Assembly: GCF_006345805.1 (NCBI RefSeq)
Contig: NC_043007.1
Coordinates: forward strand, 17,050,001-17,114,000
DNA from: Octopus sinensis
Taxonomy: Eukaryota
Length of the DNA: 64,000 nt
Direction: 5' to 3'
The notes below the pieces were generated by a model. The model ran no database searches, was not told where the DNA came from, and saw only the letters and a list, made by a program, of their open reading frames with translations. Positions 25,353 to 39,156 of the stretch are shown here, one piece after another (the first letter of the stretch is position 1; each line of letters starts with the position of its first letter). Both the position numbers and the translations under genes were made by a program.

Positions 25353-28300
25353 AGTATATCATGAGGCTGTTTTTCACTGATAATACTAAAGTTGCTTTTC
25401 TAAGCTGATAGGTTTAAGAGGCTGGAGTATTGAACCGCATGGTTTAAACCAGTTATATCCAGCCCAAATAGTCTACCTGTTTTATGGTCAAACTGGCCAG
25501 ATCTGGCTTCTCACATCAACCCTACAATGTCATTCTAAAAATTAAGTTACCTCATCACAATCTATAACAGAAAATAATTCATGATTCTTTCAGAATAAAG
25601 CGAATAAATATTAACTTTTGACAGAATATTGTGAATGCTAAAGGATTAAGCTGCTTAATTCTGCTTGTGTTAGTTTGTCAGAGGGAACTAAACACCAGTT
25701 CCCTGCCTGTTTCTCTGTTGCTTAATTAGTGATAAGAAGAACAAACGATTACTACAAGAAATAAACCATTTCTCACATGTAAATAAAAAAAAAAGAAAAA
25801 AAAAACTTCTCCAAAAATTTTGATAGCTGTGAATTATAAGAAAAATTTTTGTTTGAAGACTTCCATTATAAGGAATTTACTCAAAACCTAAAGCAGTTAA
25901 TAAGCTGTTCTCTAATGCCTTGTGGTAACAAGATTAGAATCAGTTTTCTGACTTTAAGTATTGTTTGTTGGAAAACTATACTCGAGGTATTTTACTCTAA
26001 GGACAAAATTCTGTTCCACCTTATGAGATATTTACTTTTTTCCTTATTGATAATATTGTATATTTTCAAGTTTTATCGTTTTAACATCCGCTTTACTATA
26101 CTTGCATGGGTTGGATGGAGTTTATTGAAGCAGACTTACCATGGCCAGGTGTCCTTCCTACTGCCAACCCATACCTGTTTCCAAGCAAAGGTGATATTTC
26201 CCCACGACCAGACATGCTTTCACAGAGGATTGGAAATAAACTGCATCTGCTTACAACAGTCATGTGATGTCAAGACACAAATGAAGACACACATATATTC
26301 ATGCACACATGTACACACACACACACATTCGACAGGCTTCTTTCAGTTCCCATTTACCAAATCTGCTCACTAAGCTATTGTTGACCCAGAGTTATGGAAG
26401 AAAACACTTGCCAAGATGCCATGCAGTGGGACTGAACCCAAAACCTTGTGGTTGGGAAGCAGACTTCTTAACCACACAGCTATGCTTGCACTTTAGATAT
26501 TTGTAAATGAATTAATTTTACTGAGTTCCACAGTTAGTCACCCCCCCCCCCCCGTCGATATTTTCTATGCAATGTTATATAATTTTTGTGTGTAATGTTA
26601 TGGAAGAACTTTCTTGATGCAGACAGACAAAAGCATGTTTAACACAGAAAAATATATAATTTAACATCTCACAGTAATGATCATATTGGTTAATTGCTAT
26701 ACTTTATTATTGTTTATCATTGACAAACCAATAAAAGAATCTCTACAAATAATCATTCAGTCTGCTAGAGATAACAGCCAAATCTTCCAAATTATAAACT
26801 ACTATGTTTGAAAAGGAAGGATACATTGGGTAATGCTGATACAGATTTGCTGTCAGAAAAAAGTAAAAAAAAAAAGAAAAACAATAAAAAATCAAAACAG
26901 GCTGGTTACAGCTGAAGGATTTTAGGCCATTGGTCTATTTTATCATATGTGATCTTGGGCTAAACATAATTTTTGATGTTGGTTTTGTTGAGATGTTAAA
27001 ACTCAAAAAAAAAAAAAAAAAAACAGGAAAGAAAAAAAATGAAGCTAGGTGCAAGCATGGATGTGTGGTTAAGAAGCTTGCATTGCACTCACATAGTTTT
27101 AGGTTCAGTACCACTGCATGGCACCTTGGACAAGTTTCTTCTGCTATAACCCTGGACTGACCAATACCTTGTGAGCTAATTTGCTAGACAAAAACTGTGT
27201 GAAAGTCCATCATAGTGTGTGTGAATTCTCTCTCTCACACACACACACTTGACAACCAGTGTTAGTTTGTTTATATTCCTGTAACTTAGCAGTTTGGCAA
27301 AAGAGACTGATAGAATAATTACCCCTCTTCAAAATAAGTAGTGGAGTTGATTTTTTTCAACTAAATGCTTTTCAAGGTGCTGCCCCAGCAAGGCCTCAGT
27401 CCAGTGACTGAAATAAAGTAAAAGAGACGCAATAAAAAGAAACTTCTTTTAAGATGAGTTAGGGATTATTAATTAAAAAAAACTTAATCTTTTAAGACAA
27501 TTCTGTTTTTATTGGTGTGAATGAGATTAGGTTTTGAAAATCTGAGAACAATCAACTAAGGAAAATTCCAGAGACAAATGGATTAAAATCTATTATTGAA
27601 TAAAATATTTTAATCCTTTAACATTGATTATATGACAGCTCTATCACATGTGGTTTGTAGTTTTGTAACGAATTCTGAGAGAGAAGATAAACTGTATGAA
27701 ATGGGTTGAACTTTCTAGCATAGATTTCATTAATGCTTTTCCGAAAAGGAAGAAGCAAAACCCACAAACTGAAAACAGCCCTTCTCTTAGAGGTGAATGT
27801 GATAATTTAATAACTGTTATAAATTTGAGATAATAACGATTGTTTGTATTAATTTTATTTAATTTCTGAAGTGAAATTTCATCAGTATTCAACATCCATT
27901 TTCCCATGCTCATATGGGTCAGACAATTTATTGAAGCAGATTTTCTATAGCTGGATGCCCTTCCTGTCGCCAAACCTTACCGGTTTCAAAGTAAGGTAAC
28001 ATTTCCTCCATGACCAGAAGACATGTCTCTGAAGACTTGAAACAAAGGACATTTGCTTGCGTGATGGTGACAATCACGACTATCACATGATGTCAAGACA
28101 AGGACACACAATAGTGCTTGTACACACACATACACACGCGCACACATATACACTTTTTTCAGTTTATTTCTTTATTGCCCACAAGGGGCTAAACATAGAG
28201 GGGACGAACAAGGACAGACAAAGGGATTAAGTCGATTACATTGACCCCAGTGCGTAACTGGTACTTAATTTATCGACCCCGAAAGGATGAAAGGCAAAGT

Positions 28301-28861
28301 CAACCTCGGCGGAATTTGAACTCGGAACCTAACAGCAGATGAAATACCTCAAAGCATATCGCCTGGCATGCTAATGTTTCTACCAGTTCGCCGCCTATAC
28401 TTTTTTCAGTTTCTGTTTATTGAATTCGTTCACGGGGCTTTGGTTGGCCTCAGGCTATAGTAAATGCCTTACTAAGGTGCCGTGCAATGGAAATGAACTC
28501 AAAACCTTGTGGTTGGGAGGAAACTCCTTACCACACATCCACACCTGTAAAATAAATAGAAGTAAATTACTAGAGAGAATTTAGTGAATCATATCTTTCT
28601 TTTAATAGAATTGTTTTTGTGTCTGGTCAAAATGACTTAATGTATTGTAAGTGTGGAAAAGCATGGTTGACTAGAGTTAAGCCCTTAGGAAATATGTGTG
28701 TATGTGTGTGTATTTGATCCAAGTTCAATTTCTAGTTATAGCCATTTCATTTTTCTTATATCACTGGTGCTTTTGAGAATTTTGCATAATCTCATTTTCT
28801 CTCCCCTATGCATCTGAGGTCTTAGAATACTTAAGAAATCAATATTTGTTTTCAATCTCAG

Positions 28862-28938
28862 TGATTGCATTCATAAACTGGAATGGTTGTTCCAGACTAT
28901 TGCAACACGGCTACAGAAAGAGATTAAGAGAAGACTAA
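28862..28938 (+). CDS. Candidate internal exon of an unidentified host gene (DCIHKLEWLFQTIATRLQKEIKRRL)
   Basis: Acceptor TTTGTTTTCAATCTCAG, donor AA|GTAAGA, open helical-looking frame, non-repetitive sequence. No homology recognised. Confidence 0.4.
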
Positions 28939-31900
28939 GTAAGATTAGTAGAAACTTGGTCACAGAGCTCAGCATGATGGTTTGACTGGCATTGGGATCT
29001 AGTTTATAGTTCTGAAATAAAAGGCAAAAGCCAATGGGTAAAGGGTTACGAAAGAGCTACATTTTATTTTATTTCATTTTCGATACAATTAAATCTGGAG
29101 TCTTTTAATCTCTATTAATGAAGCCAAAATTATCTTTTATATATTCTATTTTGTAATAATTTTATATATTTGTTTTCCACACTTGAATGAATTTGATGAT
29201 TCTGTGATGAATTATATAAATGTGTTTTACAGTTGAATGCCTTCCCTAATGCTAACCACCCAGCCATGAAGTGGGAACAGTTACTATTTTCAGCTGTGTA
29301 GACTGGAGTCAAGCAAATCTTCTTGCTTAAGAGTTTATTGTATTGTTTGTAGGGATTGAACCTAAAATCAATAGACTAGCATAGTAACAGCTATTATACT
29401 TCCATAATATCATTAAAAAAAATATAAATAATAAGTAAAAGCAAAACTCTGGGTTTAGTCCAACAGTGTGGCACCTTGGACGAATGTTTTCTACTGTAGC
29501 CCCTGGCCAACCAAAGCCATGTGAGTGGATTTGGTAGACAAACTGAAACATTACACAGAAACTCTCCCCTCTCTCTCTCTCTCTCTCTCCCCCTCTTATA
29601 CACACATGTGCATGTGTGTTTGTATTTTTGCTCACTTCTATCAAAGTTGCAACCTATGAGTGGTGATGTTAGTTTTCCTGTCAGCAAATCGTCCACTCAC
29701 TTTGTACCTTTTGAAAGTGTGTGGAATAAGAGACCTCTTACTTGAAAAACGGGTAAAGGTTAATGCCAGGAATGGTATCTGACCGTAAAACAATGCCTCA
29801 ATAGCATATCATCTGATCCTTGCTACTATGGGGGAAAAAAATGGACATAAAATGAACAGATGAAAATTTATTCAAACATTTGTCAGTTAAAAATTTTTCT
29901 TTTTTTAATGTTAATGCTTCATTAGTTGATTGTTATTGCTTAATTATATCATCAGAAGTGATATTGATGGTGATGATAATGATGTTGATAAACATGTCTG
30001 TTAGTTTTGTAATTAAATAATAAATCGATGAATCACCAGTATGTACTATAAAACGAATCTAGTTCTACTACTTTTCGCTTTGATATATATTCATACTTTA
30101 TTGTATATTGACTATATTGTTAAATAAATGGTGTTTTAGATTTACTTATCTATCCTTGCTCTCTACAACTTCCTCACAAAACATCAACCTGATTCATAAA
30201 ACACAAATATTAATCCCCCTCCCCTACCATAAGTAGATTTCATCCTGTTTCCGTAGTGATTTCTATTCCATGATTTTACACTCTTCATCGTCATCTTAAC
30301 ATCTACTTTTTTGTTCTTGCATGGGTTAGATGGAATTTGTCGCATGGGATTTTTTTTATGGCTGGATGCCCTTCCTGTCACCAAGCCTCACTTGTTGTCG
30401 AGTAAAGTGGTATTTCCCCCATGAAAGATGTTTTTGGAAGATTGCAAAAGGACACCACTTACATGATGGTGGAACTCATTTACAACTATTGTGTGAAGTT
30501 GAAGCAAGGACACACACACACACACACACACTTCATGTGCTTATTTTAGTTTTTGTTTTCCAAATCCACTCACAAGGCTTTAGTTGGCTTGGGGCCTTAG
30601 AGGACACTTTCCCAAGGTGCCATGCTGTGGGACTGAACTCAAAACCATGTGATTGGGAAGCAAATTTCTAGCCACACTATCATACCTGCACCTCTTCTAT
30701 GTTGAAATTTGCTTGGCTGCAATCAATAAATTAAATGTAGAAATTATGCCATAATCTGAGATAATTGCAAACAATCTCAAAATGGTAAAAAATTAATTCC
30801 AAGTGCACAACAATGTTTATGAATGCTGCAATTCCATGTTACCAAATTATTTTCTATGTTTGGTTTCCCATGACCTTCTGAATCCACTTTGACCATTGAT
30901 GACCCTGTGACATCAAATAATGTCATTCTTATGTCACCAATATCAATTTAGGTGAATTAGTCAAATTGTATAGTTTCAACAACTTGACCAAGAATTCTAA
31001 AAATCCTCAAAGACAAGGAATATTCCAGATCACTTTATTTTTTTTACCACCACATCTTGCTTTTGTTTTTTTTTAACCCTTTAGCATTTAAACCGGCCAT
31101 TTCTGGCCCAAATATTCTACCTATGTTATGCCTTTATGCTTAAACTGATTAGATATAACCTCTAATATCTATCTTACTAAGTCATTCTGAAAATGAGCAA
31201 CCACATCATCAAAGTCTTAAAGCTACTTAATAATGCATGGTCGATTCAAAACCATGTGAATAAATAAACATTACATTTGACACAGTAATCTGAATGCTAA
31301 AGGGTGAAAACATAAAGTACCTAAGCATACAAAATTTAATCTAAATAAATTTGTGCTTTTTAGGTCCACACACTTTGTATTCATAGTATATTAATGATTT
31401 GGCAGCAGAGCTGATTTAAAGCAAAATCAGTTACACTTCTAACTAGTATGGAAACTACATTGGCCACATGCAGATGAGTGAATCAACAAGGGTGGCTTTG
31501 CATGGTTATTTAACATGCTAGATATAATAGCCAAATTTGTTTCAAATTACACCTCATTGTCTTTACTTAATGTAATTCTAAATACCTATAATGGGAGCTT
31601 AAGGTTGCAGAGCAAACATCTTAACCATTTGGTCATAATACTGCACTTACCCTAGGTACCATACAATAGGAATCCACAGATTACAAAGCAAATTTTTTAT
31701 CCCCTATAGCTGTGTGGTTAAGAAGCTCCCCTTGCAGCCATGTAGTTTCGCTTTCAGTTACACTGTACAGCACTTAGAGTAAGTGTCTTCTGCTATAGCC
31801 CTAGGCCAACCAATGCTTTGCAAGTGAATTTGGTAGATGGAAACTGTGTGGAAGACCTTTGTGTGTGTCTTTGTATTTGTGTTTGCGCCCCACCTACATT

Positions 31901-33967
31901 ACTTGATAGATCGGTGTTGATTTGTTTGTCTGCCATAACCTAGTGGCTCTCAGCAAAGCTAACCAGTGGTGCCCCAGTATAGCCACAGTCCAATGATTGA
32001 AACAAGTAAACGATAAAAAAATAAAAGATACCTCTTAGAGAGTGGAATATCACTACTGGAATGCCATTGATCACATGCTAACTCAATCAAGGTTAATGTA
32101 AAATTAAACTCTGACTTCAGATTAACAGTAAGAAGCACTATGGAAAGATCTCTTTGGAAAATTACTAAAGCTTTTAATCTCAGTTTTATGTTTTGATTAA
32201 ATCAAAATATCTTTTTATTGCCAGTTAATGAGGTTTGGTTAAAAAAATATCAAATTCGATTTATCATAGTGTAAAGTCATTACAGAAATATAATTTGACC
32301 TGCGTCAGAGTCATGGAGTAGTTTTTTTTTTTTTTTTTTTTGCTTATCCTTATCCAACACAAAGCTTGCAGTTTTGTTATAGCTTTTTTTCCTTCATTAT
32401 CAAATGCATTGTCATGATGCTAAGACCTTTAATTATTAACTAAATATTGTCTTTATATTAGTTATCTTTAGATATAAATTCTTTGATAATATTTTTACTG
32501 GCTTGCAGAAGATAGCTGCTTTGGAGAGTTAAAACATGAAAAATTCTAAAAAAAAAATTTGGAGAGTTTGTTGTCATTTGGAGCATACAGATCTCACCAT
32601 ATCTTTTAAAAAAAATAAAAGAAAGAATGCAAGATAGTGTAGTCCCAGCTACTACCTTTACTAGCAACTAAAGAATTTTCTTTCCAGGTGAAAGACAGAT
32701 TGTGTGATGTTTCATGGTAATGAAAGAAATGTATTGTGCATGCATTGTTAGGTGTGTAATGTTTGTGTGTATAAAAGGCAGCACAAATAAACTGGGGGAG
32801 AAAAATAAAAACTAGGTATAAGAGAAATCAGATGTAGTATGATAGAGAAAAGACAGTTGAGTATCAAGCAATTGGTTTGTAAGAAACTTCAGGAAGACAT
32901 AGCTAGAAGTGGTGAATAAGGTAGCGCGCCGGGCAGAATGCTTAGCGGTATTTCGTCTGCCACTACGTTCTGAGTACAAATTCCACCGAGGTCAACTTTG
33001 CCTTTCATCCTTTCGGGGTCGATAAATTAAGTACCAGTTATGCACTGGGGTCGATGTAATCGACTTAATCCCTTTGTCTGTCCTTGTTTGTCCCTTTTGT
33101 GTTTAGCCCCTTGTGGATAGTAAAGAAATAGGTATTTTGTCTGCCATTACGTTCTGAGTTCAAATTCCACCGAGGTCGACTTTGCCTTTCATCCTTTTGG
33201 GATCAATAAATTAAGTACCAGTTATGCACTGGGGTCGATGTAATCGACTTAATTCCTTTGTCTGTTCTTGTTTGTTTCCTTTATTGTGGCCAATAAAGAA
33301 ATAAGAAATGGTGAATGTTCATCTCCAGAAGTTGAACCTCATAAAGGAGGTAAAAGACTGCAATATGTGACAAGTTTGTGCTGGAAAAAAAACCTTGTCT
33401 GACTCATAAAGGCACAGAAAACCAGGTGCAAAATTGGTGTACATGCTGAATTACTCATGAACATCAATGAGGGGATGTAAACAAACCCGCACTGTTGTCG
33501 TGTAGTGTAGGAAGAGGAAAACAGAGGTACACATGTTTATATACATACACATACAGAAACCTTCTTGTTTTCCATTGAGGGCTTATATGCCCCAATAATT
33601 GACTATTTTCTGTCGTCAGTACATGGTGATTGCTTATAAGCTCTCAGCTTATGGAATATTATTTACAGAATTGTCACTCACCACTGCTTCTCAGATCACT
33701 GTAGAAAATTCGCATGCTTGTTTGTTTAAAAAACAGCACTGTGAAATTATATAGTTCATAAATATAATAAGAAGCAAGTAGTTACATTAGTGTAATGGCA
33801 GCACACTTATTGCAAATATATAGAGGTGTGGGTTCAAGTCCCCTGCATATGGAAAACCCACTTGTTTCCGCTAAGGGCTTATATGCCCCAATATTGGACT
33901 ATTGTCTTTCATCAATACATGGTGATCACTTACAAGCTTTAAAAATATTATTTACAGAATATATATA

Positions 33968-34160
33968 TTATTGTGCCTGGGGAGAGTTATTCTCTTTTAG
34001 TGCCTTATTAATTTAACACAGTCACCGGTCTGATTTCCACTCATGAGTATGTTAAATTAATAAGGCACTAAATGAGAATGACTCTCCCCAGACACAATAA
34101 AATATGCTTCAACACACGAATTCACATAAAGAATCTTGCAAACCAAATACAAAAACGAAA
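33968..34160. repeat. Shorter fold-back of the same family as 36.7-37.2 kb
   Basis: Arms 33968-34017 and 34051-34100. The right side continues ATATGCTTCAACACACGAATTC...GAATCTTGCAAACCAAAT, which also occurs inverted at about 36805-36855. Confidence 0.75.
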
Positions 34161-35686
34161 CACACACACAAATCAGCTTCTACACTTTTACCATTTACCA
34201 AATTCACTTACAAGGATCAGTTGGCTCAAGGCTTTGATAGAAGACACTTGCCCAAAGTGCCTCACAGTGGGACTGAACCCGAAACCACATGGTTGCAAAG
34301 TAAGTTGCTTAACCACACAGCTATGGCTGATCTCTAAATTAAATAAAAATGCTTCTCTTTTAGGTATTATCACAGTATTGCACCAGTGTGTAATATATAT
34401 ATGTGTGTGTGTATATATATATATATATAAAAAGACTCTTTTAATGAAAAATAAAATCACCACAATTCTTCCTACTACTAATGCGTATTTCTCTTCTAAA
34501 ACTGTACAAAAGCAACTTGTTTGCCTCAGACTGCCTCAAACCAGTTCTTTGTGAGGGTTTCAATGAATCACTATTTTCAATGCAGCTCGCTTCTTTTTAG
34601 AACCATTGTCTTGGTGGATCCACATAACAACCAACCATCTCTCATTCACTTCACATCACGGAGCTAGAACTAATCATTTGGCCCTTAAGTGCTCCTTGGG
34701 GGCAATCAGAAATGTTTAGAGTGTAATTAATCTAAGTGAAGATGTGTGGTGGTGGTGGTGGTGGTGTAATTAAAGTATGATTGAATGGTGGTGGTGCAAT
34801 TATCTCTTACTTTTTCTCAATTTTTTAAAACTTGTTTCAGTCATTGGATTAAGGCCATGCTACGACTGCTTTTGTTGAACGAATTGATCCTGGTGTTTTT
34901 TTTCTTCTTTTTTTTGTTTTGTTTTTTCAGTCTGGTACTTATTCTGTCAGTCTTTTTTGCTGAACCAAAAAGTTTACAAAAGAATAAACAAACCAACACT
35001 GGTTGTCATGTGGTGGGTGGGCAGACACAAACACAAAGATATATATACACATGCATGCCTGTATGTGTGTTATATATATATAACTACATATAATATTTGT
35101 GAACAAGTGCGGGAGGCTTTGTAAGTTACGGAGAGAAAGCTTCTATGGGGTTAGATCATCATTTTTCAGTCATTTGTTTGTGTTTATAAATTGTCGCTTC
35201 AAATCAGAGAATAAAATATTATTATACAGTTATATATGTGTGTGTGTGTGTGTGATACCTGTGCCAGTGGCACGTAAAAAGCACCAACCGATCGTGGCCG
35301 CTGCCAGCCTCCCCTGGCACCTGTGCCAGTGGCATGTAAAAAGCACCCACTACACTCACGGAGTGGTTGGCGTTAGGAAGGGCATCCAGCTGTAGAAACA
35401 CTGCCAGATCAAACTGGATCCTGGTGCAGCCTCCTGGCTTCCCAGACCCTGGTTGAACCGTCCAACCCGTGCTAGCATGGAAAACGGACGTTAAACAATG
35501 ATGATAATGTGATGTGATAGACTTCTTTCAGTTTTCATCTAAATTCACTCTCAAGGCTTTGGTTGTTGGCCAGGACTATAGTAGAAGACACTTGCCTGCA
35601 GTGCCCTGCAGTGGGACTGAACCCGAATCCTTGTGGTTGGGAAGCAATTTTCTGACAATGCAGCCATGCCTGCACCTAATATAACA

Positions 35687-35759
35687 TTCCTTTGCTGGGA
35701 ATCGAACCCTGGGCTCTCTGGATGAAAACCAGGAATCCTAACCACTGGATTAATGGAAA
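35687..35759 (-). pseudogene. tRNA-Glu(TTC) pseudogene
   Basis: CCAGTGGTTAGGATTCCTGGTTTTCATCCAGAGAGCCCAGGGTTCGATTCCCAG closely follows eukaryotic tRNA-Glu(TTC), with anticodon TTC at 35724-35726. The acceptor stem is poorly paired. Confidence 0.65.
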
Positions 35760-36854
35760 GTGTTAAAATGTAGAGATAAGCAATAAAGGAATCCAGTAAT
35801 TAGTAGTGGGATGTTGTTGTTTAATGAGAGGTGGTGGTCATCATGGGAAAGCAGATATGTTTATCCTTTTAATAACTAATACACCCAAGACGGCTTGTGT
35901 TAACTCTTTTGTTACCATATTTCTGTTGAGATGTTCTGTGTTTCTTTCAATTAATTTTAAATATAACAAAGAATTTAGTAAAATAACTTGGTTATCATTA
36001 AACTAGTGTTAGGAACAAATTGTGACCAAGGTTTGGTGGAAGATTTTAATTCAGAAGTTTAGAAAACAAGACATTTGTACTACAGGGCCAGAGGCAGTTT
36101 TAGCCGAGTTGGTATCAAAAGGGTTAAAGTGTTTTGATTTTGATCAAAATATAACAATATTAATGTTGAAGCTATCAATATATGAGTTGGCAAAAGATCC
36201 TGTACATGGTTACTTGACCTATTAGAAATAATAGTTACCGTCTTAAAGGAATGACTTATTAGATAGATTATGTAATCCTACATATATGTCTAAAAATAAA
36301 TAAAAAAAGAAAATATGGGGCAATTACAGCTTGAAGGCTTTTAAAGAGAAGTCTCTTTGATCAGCATTGACATGAGTGGTGGGTGATGAAACAACAAATG
36401 AATAAAGTTAGATATTCTACTACAGCCTTCCAACATTTTGATTATATTTAAAATTAATAGAAACACACAGTCTGCTCTTTAGAGCTCTTCAGACTGATGG
36501 ACGTATAAGGTTAAGCAAACTTAGTTCCTAATAACATCATTATTTTCCAAACTATTAATCTCGTCTTTAGCATCTACAGTTATTAAATAGTACCAACACT
36601 TGTACTAGTTTGTCATCTTCTACACTATATTTTGATCAGTTTGAACTTCAGTTATCAACAGGTGTCTTGTGATGTACATAATAACTGACTGGATTTAAAT
36701 AAGGTATCGTTATTTCTGAGGTAGCAATAATAATGTTTTTTATTGATAAAACTGCTCTACATTTGCCATTGGTGTATTAGGATAAAACTTTACTAAACGT
36801 TTTTTTGAATTTGGTTTGCAAGATTCTTTATATGAGTTCGTGTGTTGAAGCATA

Positions 36855-37152
36855 TTCTGTTGTGTCTTGGGAAAGTCATTTTCTTTTTGTGCCTTATAAT
36901 GTAACACACTCACCGGTAATATTTCCACTTTTTACTTATTTTTATTTTCCTAAAATTTTCGTTGCACCTTGCAACCTTTTCAATAGTTTTGACTCTAAAC
37001 TATTGAGTTTTGAGTCAAAACTATTGAAAACGTTGCAAGGTGCAACAAAATTTTAGGAAAATAAAAATAAGAAAAAAGTGGAATTTTTCCGGTGTGTTTG
37101 TGTTATAATATAAGGTACAAAAAGAAAATGATTCTCCCCAGACACAACAGAA
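36855..37152. repeat. Fold-back element, ~140-bp arms, 16-nt spacer
   Basis: TTCTGTTGTGTC...TTTTGACTC (36855-36995) versus GAGTCAAAA...GACACAACAGAA (37012-37152). Confidence 0.85.
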
Positions 37153-37857
37153 TTTACTAAACGTATTTCACTTAAATTGAATTCATCATACTAGGTATCG
37201 GTGATTATGTACATATCCAAGAATAAGATATCCAATGACACTTGAGGACCAAACTGATTGAAATATAGACATAGATATCCAGGAATAAAGACTCCTTATG
37301 GTGAATAGAGATGAAGCGGCTCATTTTGTAGATTCAAACTTTGCTCTGATTATATTTTATCATCTTTCTGAATATTATATTAAAATAAAAAAAAACAACA
37401 TTTTTCCCTACCCAACGCTGCAAGTATAGGGTGGGCATATTGGCGAGAGAAAACATTGTAACCATTCTGCTTAATTTTAGATTTTGTAGAAAATATCCAT
37501 GGTAGAACGAAGTTCTTATCTAGTATTATTGCTGATTGTGTCATCTTATTCCTTATTATTTCACTAGTTATTATTCGTGTGTGTGTTGTAATCAATTCAC
37601 CCTAATTAATTTTGCTGTTTGTTTTTTGTTGTTGCATGTTGTGCCGCAATCTGTAAATTATGCATATATTTCTGAATATTTATTATTTTTTAATATTACA
37701 TTTGATTTTCCTTATTTTTATTTCTATATTTTTCTTTTTCTTTATTTCCCCCCCCCCCCACACACTTAAGATTCAAGTATTCAAAATATATTGGGAAACG
37801 AACATCTGTAAATGAGAGAGAAAGAATCCTAGTGGTTAAGAATAATGGTATTGGTTA

Positions 37858-38085
37858 AGCTGGCAGAAACGTTAGCACGCCGGGCGAAATGCGTAGCCGT
37901 GTTTCGTCTGCCGTTACATTCTGAGTTCAAATTCCGCCGAGGTCAACTTTGCCTTTCATCCTTTCGGGGTCGATTAAATAAGTACCAGTTACGCACTGGG
38001 GTCTATGTAATCGACTTAATCCGTTTGTCTGTCCTTGTTTGTCCCTCTCTGTGTTTAGCCCCTTGTGGGTAGTAAAGAAATAGGT
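37858..38085 (+). mobile_element. SINE family B (~230 bp); copies at 17494-17724 -, 28165-28395 -, 32920-33305 + (dimer), 42855-43085 +, 45421-45651 -
   Basis: GAGCTGGCAGAAACGTTAGCACGCCGGGC...GAGTTCAAATTCCGCCGAGGTC...GCCCCTTGTGGGTAGTAAAGAAATA repeated; B-box-like GAGTTCAAATTCC. Confidence 0.88.
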
Positions 38086-38479
38086 ATTGGTTATCATTTA
38101 GCCCAGATAAGCCCTTATGTAGTAGACTCTGTGGTCAAAAGCATTCTAGCCTTGACCATTTTATATTTATTTAAGGCATTCTGTATCTAGGACTACATCA
38201 ATCAATGTTCATGGAAGCAGTTGTCTTTGATGTTGTAATGTTTAAGTACAAGGTTTGTAGTGATAGAAATTAACATTGCTCGTTAAAATTATTGAATTGA
38301 GTTAGAGAGGCTGCTGCTGAGCCAGTGAAGGAAGTTTCTACATGGTCACTTAAATTGCTAAAAATAGCTGTCAAGCCACATCTTGAAAGGGCATAGCAGA
38401 TGTAGTGTTAGATATGCTGTCTGAATAAAAGATGTGACTTATCATTAGATGGAACTTCTTTGGTCATAGGCCTGTTTAA

Positions 38480-38684
38480 CCCTTTCGTAACTGTATTTCT
38501 GTTGAGATGCTCTGTACTTCTTTCAATTACTTTAAATATAACAGAGAATTTAGTAAAATAACTTCGTTATCATTAAGCTAACATAATTGTGACTAAGGTT
38601 TGGTGGAAGATTTCAATTCAAAACTTATGAAAACAAGACATTTGTACTACAGAGCCAGTTTCAGCCGGGTTGGTAACAGAAGGG
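38480..38684. mobile_element. piggyBac-like MITE family 2 (also 3228-3437, 35904-36123, 41178-41388)
   Basis: TTAA|CCCTTTCGT(A/T)AC...GTAAC(A/G)(G/A)AAGGG|TTAA ends, with a shared AAAACAAGACATTTGTAC body. Confidence 0.82.
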
Positions 38685-38747
38685 TTAATTATGGTAAAAC
38701 AGCAAAAACAACAGCAGCTACATTGGTGTTTCTTTAACTGTGATGTA

Positions 38748-39156
38748 GGATCTTATCGGTTTGACCGGCAGTTTTTTCTAGCGGTGTCATATGAAATTGT
38801 TACCCATAATTATGACCCTAGTATCGATCTATTGCATTTCAATCTGTTTTAGGGTTAGGGTTAGGGGTGTGGGGAAGGGTATCTTTTTTTCTTCACAAAT
38901 GTAAATAAGCCCAATCTGTTTCTTAAACAAGGGACATATTCATACGGCACAGAATGTTTTTACCTCAATAGATTGGTTGAAATTGCAGAAATTGAAGATA
39001 AAAAAATAACAAATATCTTACAAACCATAGAATTTTCTCAATAAAGCCAAGAGAAAAAGATGTTTTATAAACACATTCTACCAGTATACGAAGTTTAAAA
39101 GTGTTTAGTTACGTGGAAATTATTTTAAAAAACTGCCGGTCAAACCGAAAAGATCC
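38748..39156. mobile_element. Non-autonomous DNA transposon (MITE), ~30-bp TIRs, 8-bp TSD, internal TTAGGG repeats
   Basis: TIR GGATCTTATCGGTTTGACCGGCAGTTTTTT / AAAAAACTGCCGGTCAAACCGAAAAGATCC; TSD GTGATGTA at 38740-38747 and 39157-39164. Confidence 0.9.

Noticed and set aside
36474-36492. Minus-strand CTGAAGA-GCTC(TAAA)GAGC
   Set aside because: It has a good stem II but is followed by AGAC instead of GAAA, with no recoverable stem III or I. It may be a dead hammerhead but is unsupported.
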